Part shown: piece after piece, positions 46,146 through 55,755 of the stretch
How positions within the stretch are numbered: position 1 is the stretch's first letter
Layout: the number at the start of each line of letters is the position of its first letter
Source of the DNA: Candidatus Delongbacteria bacterium
GTDB lineage: Bacteria > UBA4055
DNA length: 61,130 nt
Assembly (NCBI GenBank): GCA_027858225.1
Contig: JAQIDB010000177.1
Span: 1-61,130 of the forward strand
Reading direction: 5' to 3'
Position numbers and translations under genes: made by a program
The notes under the pieces: model-generated
What the model was told of the DNA's origin: nothing
Seen by the model: only the letters and a program-made list of their open reading frames with translations
Database searches by the model: none

Positions 46146-46898
46146 TTATCTACTATCAACTTCTTGTGCTAATTTAAAATAATCTTGGGCACCCATTGAA
46201 TCAGGTGCATATTCGTAAATTGTTTTCATAAAACTAGGAGCTTCTTTCAGATTAACATCTTCTCTTATGTATGTATTAAACAATTTCTCTTTAAAAAATT
46301 CTTTCAGAATTGATACGGTTTCTAACGATATTTTTCTTTTTTCATTATAGTACACAGGTAATACACCTAAAATATCAAGGTTTTTGTTATATGATTTACT
46401 AATATTATCAATCATACCTAATATTTGATTTGCACCTATCTGAGACAAAAAATCCATTGCAATAGGAATAATTACCTCATCACAGTATGTCAGCACATTT
46501 ACATTTATTAAATTTATAGATGGTGCACAATCTAATATTATATAATCTACTCCCTCTAAATGAGAAAGATTTTTTTTAAGTTTGTATTCTTTACCAAATT
46601 TTTTGGTTAATTTTACTTCTGTATCGACTAGCTGTTTACCACCAGAAGTAATAATATGAAGTTTCTCTCTCACTTTTGTAATGCTCGTTCTTCTTTTAAG
46701 TAGGAGATCACATAGAGTTTTTTCAGGATTAACATTAAAAACGATACCAATCGTATTTTGCGGATCGCTATCAACTAACAATACACTTCGCCCCATTAAA
46801 GCTAATCCATGTGCGAGATTTATTGATGTTGTTGTCTTACCCGTTCCACCTTTAGACGATAGAACTGCAATTTTACGCATAATCATACCTGTTTTCAT
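46146..46898 (-). CDS. ParA/MinD-family P-loop ATPase. It is an orphan, with no parB adjacent.
   Basis: The deviant Walker A motif SSKGGTGKTTTSINLA is present. The protein is 250 aa long. Confidence 0.8.
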   Translation of the reverse strand: MKTGMIMRKIAVLSSKGGTGKTTTSINLAHGLALMGRSVLLVDSDPQNTIGIVFNVNPEKTLCDLLLKRRTSITKVREKLHIITSGGKQLVDTEVKLTKKFGKEYKLKKNLSHLEGVDYIILDCAPSINLINVNVLTYCDEVIIPIAMDFLSQIGANQILGMIDNISKSYNKNLDILGVLPVYYNEKRKISLETVSILKEFFKEKLFNTYIREDVNLKEAPSFMKTIYEYAPDSMGAQDYFKLAQEVDSR

Positions 46899-46996
46899 TA
46901 TTAAAAAACTATCAGTTTTGAATATAAACCTAAAGCTATCTACTTGTCAAGATTTTTTTTTTTGTTTATGACCGCAATATAACTCAAATATTCTAA

Positions 46997-49249
46997 TTAG
47001 ATTGTATCATATTTTTCTTTACAACTTGGACAAATATAATAAGTACTTTTAGCTCTTACATCATTTACTTCTTCAAGAATTGGATGTCCACATTTATCAC
47101 ATTTTTTATTTATAGGTTTGTTCCAAGTAGCAAAAGTACATTTAGGAAAGTTACTGCAACCATAGAATTTTTTGCCCTTTTTTGTAATTTTACTTTTTAC
47201 ATGACCGTCACAGCCTTCAGTTGGGCAACTTACATTTATTTCCTCAGAAATAATATTTTTACATTCCGGATAATTATCACAGGCTACAAATTTGCCAAAT
47301 TTACCATACTTAACGATTAAGTTTCCCTTATTACATTTATCACATTTTCCAACGATCTCAATTTCTTTTCTAGCTTTTGGATCTTCATCATCAAGAGAAG
47401 AAGTATATTTACATTTAGGGAAATTATTACAGGCAATAAATTTTCCGTTTTTCCCCCACTTAATAATCAAATCACCCGATTTACATGTTGGACATTTCTC
47501 TCCAGTCAGCTGCTGTGCTGTTTTCTTTATTTCAGATCTTTTTGCATTAACAGTTTCCAGTGTTTTTTCAAATGGTTTATAAAATTTATTCAACAATTCT
47601 AACATTTCTATTTCGCCATACGCAATCTTATCTAGAGTCTTTTCCATCTTTTTTGTGAATTTAATATTAAATATTTCAGAAAAATTTTCTATTAGTAACT
47701 TATTAACAATATTTCCTAATTCTGTTGAAATAAGCTTTTTTTCAGATTTTTCAATGTACTTCTGAACTATTAACCTTTCAATAATAGTTGCATAAGTTGA
47801 AGGCCTTCCAATTTCGTCATCTTCCAGCTCTTTAGTTATAGAAGCTTCGTTAAATCTTGCCGGTGGTTTTGTAAAGTGCTCTTCAGGAAGAACCTTATCG
47901 ACATTTAATTCTTTACCTACATCAATGTTCTTAGGCAACTTTAAAGAACTTTCATTCTCCTTATCTGTACTTGTACTATCATTAGAAAGTACCTGAAGAA
48001 ATCCTTTGAACACATTTACTCTTCCACTAATTCTAAATTTAAATTTACCACCATCAATATCAACTACAGTTTGATCAAACAATGCATCTTTCATTTGTGT
48101 AGCAACAAATCTTGCCCAAATAAGTTGATAAACCCTAAATTGATCTTTCGTTAAAAAATGTTGTATCTTCTTCGGTTCATAATTTACACTTGTAGGCCTT
48201 ACAGCCTCATGAGCATCTTGAATGTTCTTTTTCGATTTAAATTTTCTTGTCTTATTTACAACATAATCAACACCATACTTTTTAGTCACAAAATCTCTTA
48301 ATTCATCAATTGCTTCAGTAGAAATTCTAGTTGAGTCAGTACGCATATAAGTGATTAAACCCACAACACCCTTAGTACCAAGTTCGATACCTTCATATAA
48401 TTGTTGAGCTATTTGCATTACTTTCTTTGATGAATAACCCAATTTATTTACACCTGCCTGTAATAAAGTAGATGTAATAAAAGGTGACGTTGGTGATTTT
48501 TTAACTTTCTTCTTTGTAATGTTTGATACTTTGAAAATTTGTTCGTTAATTTCATTCTCTATTTTTTTTGCTTCATCTTTATTTGTTAGCTTAAAATCCT
48601 TATTCTCTATCTTTACAAGATCAGCAGTAAAAGATTCCTTATTACTACTAAAATCGGCCTTTATTGTCCAATATTCTTCAGGATTAAATAAATTTATATC
48701 ATTGTCTCTTTCACATATTATTCTCAGAGCTACTGATTGTACCCTTCCAGCACTTAAGCCATTTGAAACGGTCTTCCATAAAAAAGGACTTACTTTATAT
48801 CCAACTAATCTATCCATTATTCGCCTTGCCTGCTGAGAATCGACCAAATTTGTATCGATTTTACCTTCATTCTGCAGTCCAGCCTGAATACCTTTTTTAG
48901 TTATCTCGTTAAAGCTAATTCTAAAAATCCTATCGCTACAATTTTTTAATCTATTTGCAATGTGCCATCCAATCGCTTCTCCTTCTCTATCAGGGTCAGT
49001 TGCAATTAAAATTCTGCTGCTTGTTTTTGCAAGAGATTCAATTTTCTTTAAGATTTTCGCTGCTTGTCCTGAATTATTAATAACCTTATAAGTAGGTTTA
49101 AAATCATTTTCGACATCTACACCTAATTCTTTTGATGGTAAATCAATGATGTGTCCATTACTTGCGATCACATTATATGAAGGCCCTAAATATTTACTTA
49201 TTGCTTTCACTTTCCCTGGTGACTCTAAAATAACTAATTCTTTGCTCAT
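46997..49249 (-). CDS. topA: DNA topoisomerase I.
   Basis: The 750-aa protein has a TOPRIM N-terminus (LVILESPGKVKAI) and the active-site Tyr region. There are C-terminal Zn-ribbon repeats (CPTC...C..C ×3). Confidence 0.95.
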   Translation of the reverse strand: MSKELVILESPGKVKAISKYLGPSYNVIASNGHIIDLPSKELGVDVENDFKPTYKVINNSGQAAKILKKIESLAKTSSRILIATDPDREGEAIGWHIANRLKNCSDRIFRISFNEITKKGIQAGLQNEGKIDTNLVDSQQARRIMDRLVGYKVSPFLWKTVSNGLSAGRVQSVALRIICERDNDINLFNPEEYWTIKADFSSNKESFTADLVKIENKDFKLTNKDEAKKIENEINEQIFKVSNITKKKVKKSPTSPFITSTLLQAGVNKLGYSSKKVMQIAQQLYEGIELGTKGVVGLITYMRTDSTRISTEAIDELRDFVTKKYGVDYVVNKTRKFKSKKNIQDAHEAVRPTSVNYEPKKIQHFLTKDQFRVYQLIWARFVATQMKDALFDQTVVDIDGGKFKFRISGRVNVFKGFLQVLSNDSTSTDKENESSLKLPKNIDVGKELNVDKVLPEEHFTKPPARFNEASITKELEDDEIGRPSTYATIIERLIVQKYIEKSEKKLISTELGNIVNKLLIENFSEIFNIKFTKKMEKTLDKIAYGEIEMLELLNKFYKPFEKTLETVNAKRSEIKKTAQQLTGEKCPTCKSGDLIIKWGKNGKFIACNNFPKCKYTSSLDDEDPKARKEIEIVGKCDKCNKGNLIVKYGKFGKFVACDNYPECKNIISEEINVSCPTEGCDGHVKSKITKKGKKFYGCSNFPKCTFATWNKPINKKCDKCGHPILEEVNDVRAKSTYYICPSCKEKYDTI

Positions 49250-49278
49250 TTATTATCCCTTATACTTAACCTTTAAAA

Positions 49279-52227
49279 TTATTTACCGTGACAGTTTTTA
49301 TATTTCTCCCCACTGCCACAAGGGCAAGGATCGTTTCTTTTAATTTTTTCTTCACTTTTCTTCACAACTGGTTGTTTCTTTTGATCCTTATTATCCAGCT
49401 TTAAAGATGAGACTCTTTCTTTTTCTTCTTGCTTCCTTTCTTCTTCTTCCGATTTTTGAACCTCAATATTAGCTTTAAAAATAAATTCTAAAGCTTCTTG
49501 ATTTACTTTTAGTAACATTTCTTTAAAAGATTCAAAAGACTTTCTTTTATACTCTATCAACGGATCCTTCTGTGCGTGAGCCATTAAGCTGATTCCACTT
49601 CTAAGGTCATCATCCTCTCTTAGGTGCTCCTGCCAATTTCTATCCATTATTTTAACAATTGCGATCCTTGCTAAAAAATCAAATAATTTATCCCCAACGA
49701 TACTCTGCTTTTTCTTTATTTTAACTATGGACAAATCATACAATTTATCAAATAATTCATCAGGTGAGTTGATCGTTTCGTCATTTTTATCTATACTGAT
49801 AAGCATTGTCTTCATTAAATTATCGTTAAGATAATCAAAATCCCAATTTTCAGCAGATTTAGAAGCAGAAGTAGCGGTTAAAACAACCTCTTTTATATAA
49901 TCTTCAACCATATCTTCAACTTCTTTAAAAATACTCTCATCAGGGTCTACTCCATATTCTCGTGCAAAAGGAACATCAATTCCTGCGCTTATTGCACCTT
50001 TAATCAATGCTGCTCTACGCCTTAGATAAACTACATCTCTCTTTTTATTCATTACATCGTCATATTGAATGATATGCTTTCTCATTGAAAAATTATGCAT
50101 TTCAACTCTTTTTTGAGCTCTTTCAATAGATTTTGTAATCCAAGAATGTTCTATCGGCTCTCCATCTTTTCTTCCAAATCTATCCATAATTCCAGATATT
50201 CTTTCAGAGCCAAATATTCTCATAAGATTATCTTCCAAGGAAACATAAAATCTTGAGGAACCCGGATCTCCTTGTCTACCTGCTCTTCCCCTTAACTGTC
50301 TATCTATTCGTCTTGAATCATGTCTTTCACAACCAATTATAGCCAATCCGCCTTTTTCAATTACATCTTTTTCCAACTTAATATCTGTACCTCTACCAGC
50401 CATATTAGTTGCTATCGTAATTGTTCCTGAAGTTCCGGCATCTCTGATAATTTGTGCTTCCTTTGCGTGATTCTTTGCATTTAGAAGGTTGTGCGGGATT
50501 TTTCTTTGATTTAGTAGTCTGTGCATTATTTCACTAACATCCACATCCGGAGTACCCAATAGTATGGGCCTACCTTCTTTTCTAAGCTTAATTACTTTTT
50601 CAATTACAGCATCATATTTTTCTTTTTTCGTCATGTATATGTAATCTTCGAAATCTTCTCTTATAATAGGAACATTCGTTGGAACAAGAGAAACAGGTAA
50701 CTTGTATATTTCAAAAAATTCTCCTTCTTCCGTAACGGCTGTACCAGTCATGCCACTTAGTTTTTTATACATTCTAAAATAATTCTGATATGTGATCGAT
50801 GCTACTGTTTGTGTGTCTTCGCCAATTTTCACACCTTCTTTTGCTTCGATAGCTTGATGCATACCATTGCTAAATCTACTATCGTACTTTAAACGTCCCG
50901 TGGATTGGTCTACGATTATTACCCTACCTTCTTGAACAACATAATCAACATCTCTCTCAAACATTGCATATGCTCTCAGTAACTGATGGATAGTGTGAAT
51001 CTTATCACTTTTTTCTGCATAATCGTTGTGAAGCACTTCTGTCATTTCCTCTTTTTCAGCAGATGATATTTCCATTTTCTCTATATTTTGCAGTTCAGTT
51101 GACATATCAGGTATAATAAACATATTAACATCGCCACCTGAACCAGCTAAAAATTCATGTCCTGTGGTAAAAAGGTCAACAGTATGTGATCTTTCCTCTA
51201 GAGTATAAAATAAATTTTCTGTAACCTGTTGGAAATTCTTATCTCTGAGAAGATCGTTTTCTAATTTTAAAATTTTTGTTTTCACACCAGGTAAAGATAA
51301 TAACTTGAGTAACTTTCTGTTCTTCGGAGAACCTTTGGAAGCTTTTAAAATTAAAAAAGTAGCCTGAGAGCTTTCTTCTTCATTTTTCATTAGCTCTTCA
51401 GCATCTGAAATATATTTATTAACTAACTTTGTTTGCTCTCTTACAAGATCAAAAACTTTAGGTTTTAATTGATCGAACCTTTGATCGTTTTGCTTAGACA
51501 CAGCACCTGATATTACTAAAGGAGTTCTTGCTTCATCAATCAATATAGAATCTACTTCATCGATCAAACAATAATTAAATCCTCTTTGAACCATGTCTTC
51601 AACATCTATAACCATATTATCTTTTAAATAATCAAACCCGAATTCATGATTCACACCATAAAGAACGTCTTTTTTGTACTCCAGTTTTCTCAATTCAGGG
51701 TTTTTTGTATCTGAAGTAATAACACCGACTGTTAAGCCTAGATATTCTAAAACATGCCCCATCCAGTCACTGTCTCTTTTGGCCAAGTAATCATTTACTG
51801 TAACAATATGAACACCTTTCCCTGACAACGCATTTAAATATGCCGGAAATAAAGCAACTAAAGTTTTACCTTCACCGGTAGCCATCTCAGTAATTGCACC
51901 TCTAGCAAGTATTATACCTCCCATTATTTGAACATCGTAAGGGATCATATTCCATTCTTGCACTCTTCCATCAATTTCCCAAGAAGTACCAACCATTCTC
52001 ACACAGGTCTCTTTCACAACACCAAAAGCTTCAAGCATGATATCTTCTTCAGTTTCACCCTTAAGTAATCGCGACCTGAATTCGTTAGTTTTATCTTTTA
52101 ATTGCTCTTCGGTCAGATCTTTGAAAGAATTACTATGTACATTCACTTTTTCAATAAGCGGTCTATAGATTTTTTCTTCTCTATCTTGCTTCGAACCAAA
52201 TAGTTTGTTTAATATGTAACTTATCAT
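49279..52227 (-). CDS. secA: Preprotein translocase ATPase SecA.
   Basis: The 982-aa protein has DEAD-like motor motifs and a C-terminal zinc-binding tail DPCPCGSGEKYKNCHGK. Confidence 0.95.
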   Translation of the reverse strand: MISYILNKLFGSKQDREEKIYRPLIEKVNVHSNSFKDLTEEQLKDKTNEFRSRLLKGETEEDIMLEAFGVVKETCVRMVGTSWEIDGRVQEWNMIPYDVQIMGGIILARGAITEMATGEGKTLVALFPAYLNALSGKGVHIVTVNDYLAKRDSDWMGHVLEYLGLTVGVITSDTKNPELRKLEYKKDVLYGVNHEFGFDYLKDNMVIDVEDMVQRGFNYCLIDEVDSILIDEARTPLVISGAVSKQNDQRFDQLKPKVFDLVREQTKLVNKYISDAEELMKNEEESSQATFLILKASKGSPKNRKLLKLLSLPGVKTKILKLENDLLRDKNFQQVTENLFYTLEERSHTVDLFTTGHEFLAGSGGDVNMFIIPDMSTELQNIEKMEISSAEKEEMTEVLHNDYAEKSDKIHTIHQLLRAYAMFERDVDYVVQEGRVIIVDQSTGRLKYDSRFSNGMHQAIEAKEGVKIGEDTQTVASITYQNYFRMYKKLSGMTGTAVTEEGEFFEIYKLPVSLVPTNVPIIREDFEDYIYMTKKEKYDAVIEKVIKLRKEGRPILLGTPDVDVSEIMHRLLNQRKIPHNLLNAKNHAKEAQIIRDAGTSGTITIATNMAGRGTDIKLEKDVIEKGGLAIIGCERHDSRRIDRQLRGRAGRQGDPGSSRFYVSLEDNLMRIFGSERISGIMDRFGRKDGEPIEHSWITKSIERAQKRVEMHNFSMRKHIIQYDDVMNKKRDVVYLRRRAALIKGAISAGIDVPFAREYGVDPDESIFKEVEDMVEDYIKEVVLTATSASKSAENWDFDYLNDNLMKTMLISIDKNDETINSPDELFDKLYDLSIVKIKKKQSIVGDKLFDFLARIAIVKIMDRNWQEHLREDDDLRSGISLMAHAQKDPLIEYKRKSFESFKEMLLKVNQEALEFIFKANIEVQKSEEEERKQEEKERVSSLKLDNKDQKKQPVVKKSEEKIKRNDPCPCGSGEKYKNCHGK

Positions 52228-52320
52228 AGGTATCCGTTTTCTTCTTAATATTTAAATTCATCTATATAATCAATTTACAAGCTGTTATCTTCCAACCATT
52301 AATCGTTCAATTAGAAGTAA

Positions 52321-52998
52321 CTATCTTCCAACCATTAATCGCTCACCAAGAAATTCATTCAGACCGGCTTTAACAATACTCTTGTAAACACTTTTTATAT
52401 CATACTCTTTTCTTACTAATTCGTACTCACCATCTTCTGTTCCAAATACGACAAAACTTGATTTAGAATTTCCATCCCTTGGTTGACCTACAGAACCAAC
52501 ATTGATAATCAATCTATCATCTATTGATCTAAACATTTCAGGCCTATGAGAATGTCCAATAAAACAAGCTTGCTCTGTAAAATAATTGAAATGTTTCTCT
52601 GCACTATGTTGAGTAAGAATATAATTCCAATCTTCTGGTATCAAGGGTGTAGAATGAACAAATAAAAGATCATTCTCCGATATTTTCAAAGGTAATTTTA
52701 AAAGATATTCATAGTTCTCATCCGAAATCATTCTCCTAGTCCATTCGGTAGATTCCCTGGCATAAGAATTGAATAACATCATATCCGTTTGATTTATAAC
52801 CGCACTATCATGGTTACCTACAACCACTTTATCGGTAACTGATTTTATTAGATCAATGCATTCATTCGGCTTAGGACCATATCCTACGATATCGCCTAAA
52901 CAGTATATCTCATCAACTTTAATACGTTCAATCTCTTTTAACACTTCTGTTAAAGCTTCAAGGTTTGAATGTATGTCTGATATAATAGCAATTTTCAT
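52321..52998 (-). CDS. YfcE/MJ0936-type metallophosphoesterase.
   Basis: The 225-aa protein has motifs IISDIHSN, GDIVGYG and GNHD. Confidence 0.7.
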   Translation of the reverse strand: MKIAIISDIHSNLEALTEVLKEIERIKVDEIYCLGDIVGYGPKPNECIDLIKSVTDKVVVGNHDSAVINQTDMMLFNSYARESTEWTRRMISDENYEYLLKLPLKISENDLLFVHSTPLIPEDWNYILTQHSAEKHFNYFTEQACFIGHSHRPEMFRSIDDRLIINVGSVGQPRDGNSKSSFVVFGTEDGEYELVRKEYDIKSVYKSIVKAGLNEFLGERLMVGR

Positions 52999-53006
52999 AA
53001 AATACC

Positions 53007-53711
53007 TTAATTTGTTTTGTTTTGTTCTCTAAGTTCATCTTTTAATTTATTCAAGATACCATTGATAAAAACGTTACTTTTTTCAGAACTGAATTTTTTA
53101 CCAAGTTCAATAGCTTCATTTATTATTACTTTCTCAGGAATCTCAGGGAAATAAAGAAATTCAACAACCCCCATCCTAATTATGAGCTTATCAATAATTG
53201 AAACTCTCGCAAAATCCCAATTTTCTAATTTTTGTTCAATTACTTTATCAATTTCAATTAGGTTTTTTTCATACTTTTTAAAATATGATTTAAAAAAAAC
53301 AAGATTACTCTTTTCTTCATTATTTTTTATTGTTTGTACGGTATTTTTACTTTTGTTTATTTCTAACAATTCTGCTAATTTATAAGAATAGGAGAGAAAA
53401 CCATCTTTTATGTTCTCTTTATCCATTTCTCCAAAATCCATGGTAAGTTCTTTACTTGTTCCTGGAATATTGAAGCTTATTTTATCATCCGATTCCAGTT
53501 TAGTTATCTTTACAGAATTGAAAATATCTAAAATATGTTCCTTAATAAGTTCATAATCATCTTCTTCAATTAAATTACTAATAGACCAAAAATATTCAGC
53601 GATATGAGGTTCGATTTGATCAAATTTAAATCCTTCTATTTCTTTACTATAAAAGAACATTAGTAAATATTCTCTTGTCTTCCTTCTATTTTTAAGGTGA
53701 AATACTGTCAT
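53007..53711 (-). CDS. nusB: NusB-family protein with an N-terminal extension of about 90 aa.
   Basis: The C-terminal 140 aa resemble NusB (ARVSIIDKLIIRMGVVEFLYFPEIPEKVIINEAIELGKKFSSEKSNVFINGILNKL). Confidence 0.5.
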   Translation of the reverse strand: MTVFHLKNRRKTREYLLMFFYSKEIEGFKFDQIEPHIAEYFWSISNLIEEDDYELIKEHILDIFNSVKITKLESDDKISFNIPGTSKELTMDFGEMDKENIKDGFLSYSYKLAELLEINKSKNTVQTIKNNEEKSNLVFFKSYFKKYEKNLIEIDKVIEQKLENWDFARVSIIDKLIIRMGVVEFLYFPEIPEKVIINEAIELGKKFSSEKSNVFINGILNKLKDELREQNKTN

Positions 53712-53765
53712 ATTAAGAATTAACCCTTTTAGTTGGTCGCATCAATTTTATCTGATGCTTCACTT

Positions 53766-54206
53766 TTAGTTGATTGTATTTATTATTATCTGATGCTTCG
53801 CAAGTTGATCACAGTCTTCATTTAATTGATTCCCATCATGACCTTTGACCCAATGCCATTCGATATTATGTAATTTAGATAAGTTAAGAATTTCTTCAAG
53901 AAGTTCCTTGTTCTTTACAGGCTCTTTTTTAGAAGTTCTCCATCCATTTTTTTGCCAATTAAATACCCATTTAGTTATAGAATCCACAATGTATTTTGAA
54001 TCTGTATAAATTTTTACATTACAATTTTTATTTAATACCTTCAAGGATACTATTACAGCTTTAAGTTCCATAACGTTATTTGTAGTATTTTCTTCGAACC
54101 CTGAAATCTCTTTTCTATGATTTTCGTAAAGAATAATTCCACCCCATCCTCCTGGTCCAGGATTATTACTACAAGCACCATCTGTATATATAACTACATC
54201 TTTCAT
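53766..54206 (-). CDS. rnhA: Ribonuclease HI.
   Basis: The protein has N-terminal VVIYTDGACSNNPGPGGWG and the MELKAV and TDSKY motifs. It is 146 aa long. Confidence 0.9.
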   Translation of the reverse strand: MKDVVIYTDGACSNNPGPGGWGGIILYENHRKEISGFEENTTNNVMELKAVIVSLKVLNKNCNVKIYTDSKYIVDSITKWVFNWQKNGWRTSKKEPVKNKELLEEILNLSKLHNIEWHWVKGHDGNQLNEDCDQLAKHQIIINTIN

Positions 54207-54332
54207 TATAATTAACTACCCAATTTTTGAGTAGGAAAACTATGCCATTAATAATTAATAAGCAAAAATTATTTTATTTTTTTAATCTTTATGTAATAAA
54301 GGGTAAATTCAAATAGAAATTTTACAAATAAA

Positions 54333-55619
54333 TTAGCCTTCGATTGAACTCTTGTTTTTATTTTGTATATCAATCATTTTTGTAAAATTTGCATAATCCA
54401 CATATTCAGGATCTTCAATATTTTTCAATTTTTCCAAAATATAATTTATCTTGTCAGCATTAGCCCATATCTTTCTTAATTTAACTTTCGTCTTTTTATC
54501 AATATTATCATCATTAACCAGAATTTCGATATATGCTGTAATGATAGAAAGTGGTTGTTTAATTTCATGATTCGCTGTAACGACCATTGCATCAAACATT
54601 TTAATTTCTTTTATCCTGCCTTGAGCATTGTTATAAGAAATAATCAATATTATCAACATCAATGATATTAGGATATTAATAGCGGAATTCAATTGAAATG
54701 TATCGTGAATTTCGCTAATTTCTTTACTTTCTTTTATTTTTATCAAATACCCAATTTTCTCTCCTCCAGAACTCACTATGGATAAAAAACCTGCTATAAA
54801 TTCTTTTCTATCATAGGTAAGGTGATTGGTGAAACTTTCAAGATTATTGATTTTTTTTAAGACAACTGACCTCTGATCACATCTCTTAATAATTTCTTCA
54901 ATATTTCTGCTTGAATACCCCAAAATATAAAAATCTTCACTATGACACCAATTGGTTTGATCTAGTACTCTAAGATCATTTTTTGATTTATTTAGTATTA
55001 TCTGATAATTGCTATCAAATAAACTTGATAGGCTTTCCGTTATCGTTTGAAGAGAAACTGAAAACTCAATAGAACCAATATGCTCTCCATTGAAAAAGAT
55101 TGGAAAAGTATATCTGTAAGCACTGACAAACCGACCTTGTTCTAACCCTGAAGAATATCTTTTTTGTCTATTAGAACTTAATATCGTTTTCCTTGAAGCT
55201 TGTACTTTATCTCCATATTTTTCATTTTGCTTCATCCTAAGAAAATTAGTTCCATCTTCATAATGAAGTTGTATATCGTAGAATTCATGTCTTTTAACTT
55301 CCTCATAGAATGGAGTTATCGCATCAATAAATTCTTCTCTGATAAAATGCTTTTTTATCGAATTTTTCTCTCTTGAGGACCTATAAAATATTTCCTTTAG
55401 ATCTTCACGACTGTCTATGTATGAATACAAAAATTTTGCCATACTTTCATACTTTAAAACTACTATTTTGTATTCATTACGTATCTTATTAATCGTATTA
55501 TCTTCATTCGTTGATAGTTCTGTAGACATATCATAATAAAAAACTCCAAGCATAATTAAACTTGCTGACAGCAAGAAAAGTACGATTAGTATCGTTTCTT
55601 TTGTGAGTAATCGTTTCAT
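54333..55619 (-). CDS. Membrane sensor with a periplasmic Cache-like domain and a HisKA phosphoacceptor domain, but no HATPase_c catalytic domain.
   Basis: Two TM segments flank a roughly 270-aa extracytoplasmic region. The H-box is VTANHEIKQPLSIITAYIEIL. The protein ends about 90 aa later with no N/G1/G2 ATP-binding boxes. Confidence 0.55.
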   Translation of the reverse strand: MKRLLTKETILIVLFLLSASLIMLGVFYYDMSTELSTNEDNTINKIRNEYKIVVLKYESMAKFLYSYIDSREDLKEIFYRSSREKNSIKKHFIREEFIDAITPFYEEVKRHEFYDIQLHYEDGTNFLRMKQNEKYGDKVQASRKTILSSNRQKRYSSGLEQGRFVSAYRYTFPIFFNGEHIGSIEFSVSLQTITESLSSLFDSNYQIILNKSKNDLRVLDQTNWCHSEDFYILGYSSRNIEEIIKRCDQRSVVLKKINNLESFTNHLTYDRKEFIAGFLSIVSSGGEKIGYLIKIKESKEISEIHDTFQLNSAINILISLMLIILIISYNNAQGRIKEIKMFDAMVVTANHEIKQPLSIITAYIEILVNDDNIDKKTKVKLRKIWANADKINYILEKLKNIEDPEYVDYANFTKMIDIQNKNKSSIEG

Positions 55620-55755
55620 AAGCGTTTCAGTTCACGTAACATTTAATATAAATTATATCATTGTTTGAAATATTTCAAGAGGAATAAATTGTTTTTTCTT
55701 TTTGACATAATTAAAGTATATTTGAAGATATCAAATTACAAGTGGAGAAATAACT

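Noticed and set aside
46899-46996. Homopolymer T11 tract between topA and parA as a phase-variation site.
   Set aside because: It is intergenic and part of an AT-rich promoter or terminator context. There is no evidence for a coding effect.
55620-55755. Lysine riboswitch upstream of dapA.
   Set aside because: The leader is only about 135 nt, AT-rich, and lacks the conserved L-box helices and GAGG core.
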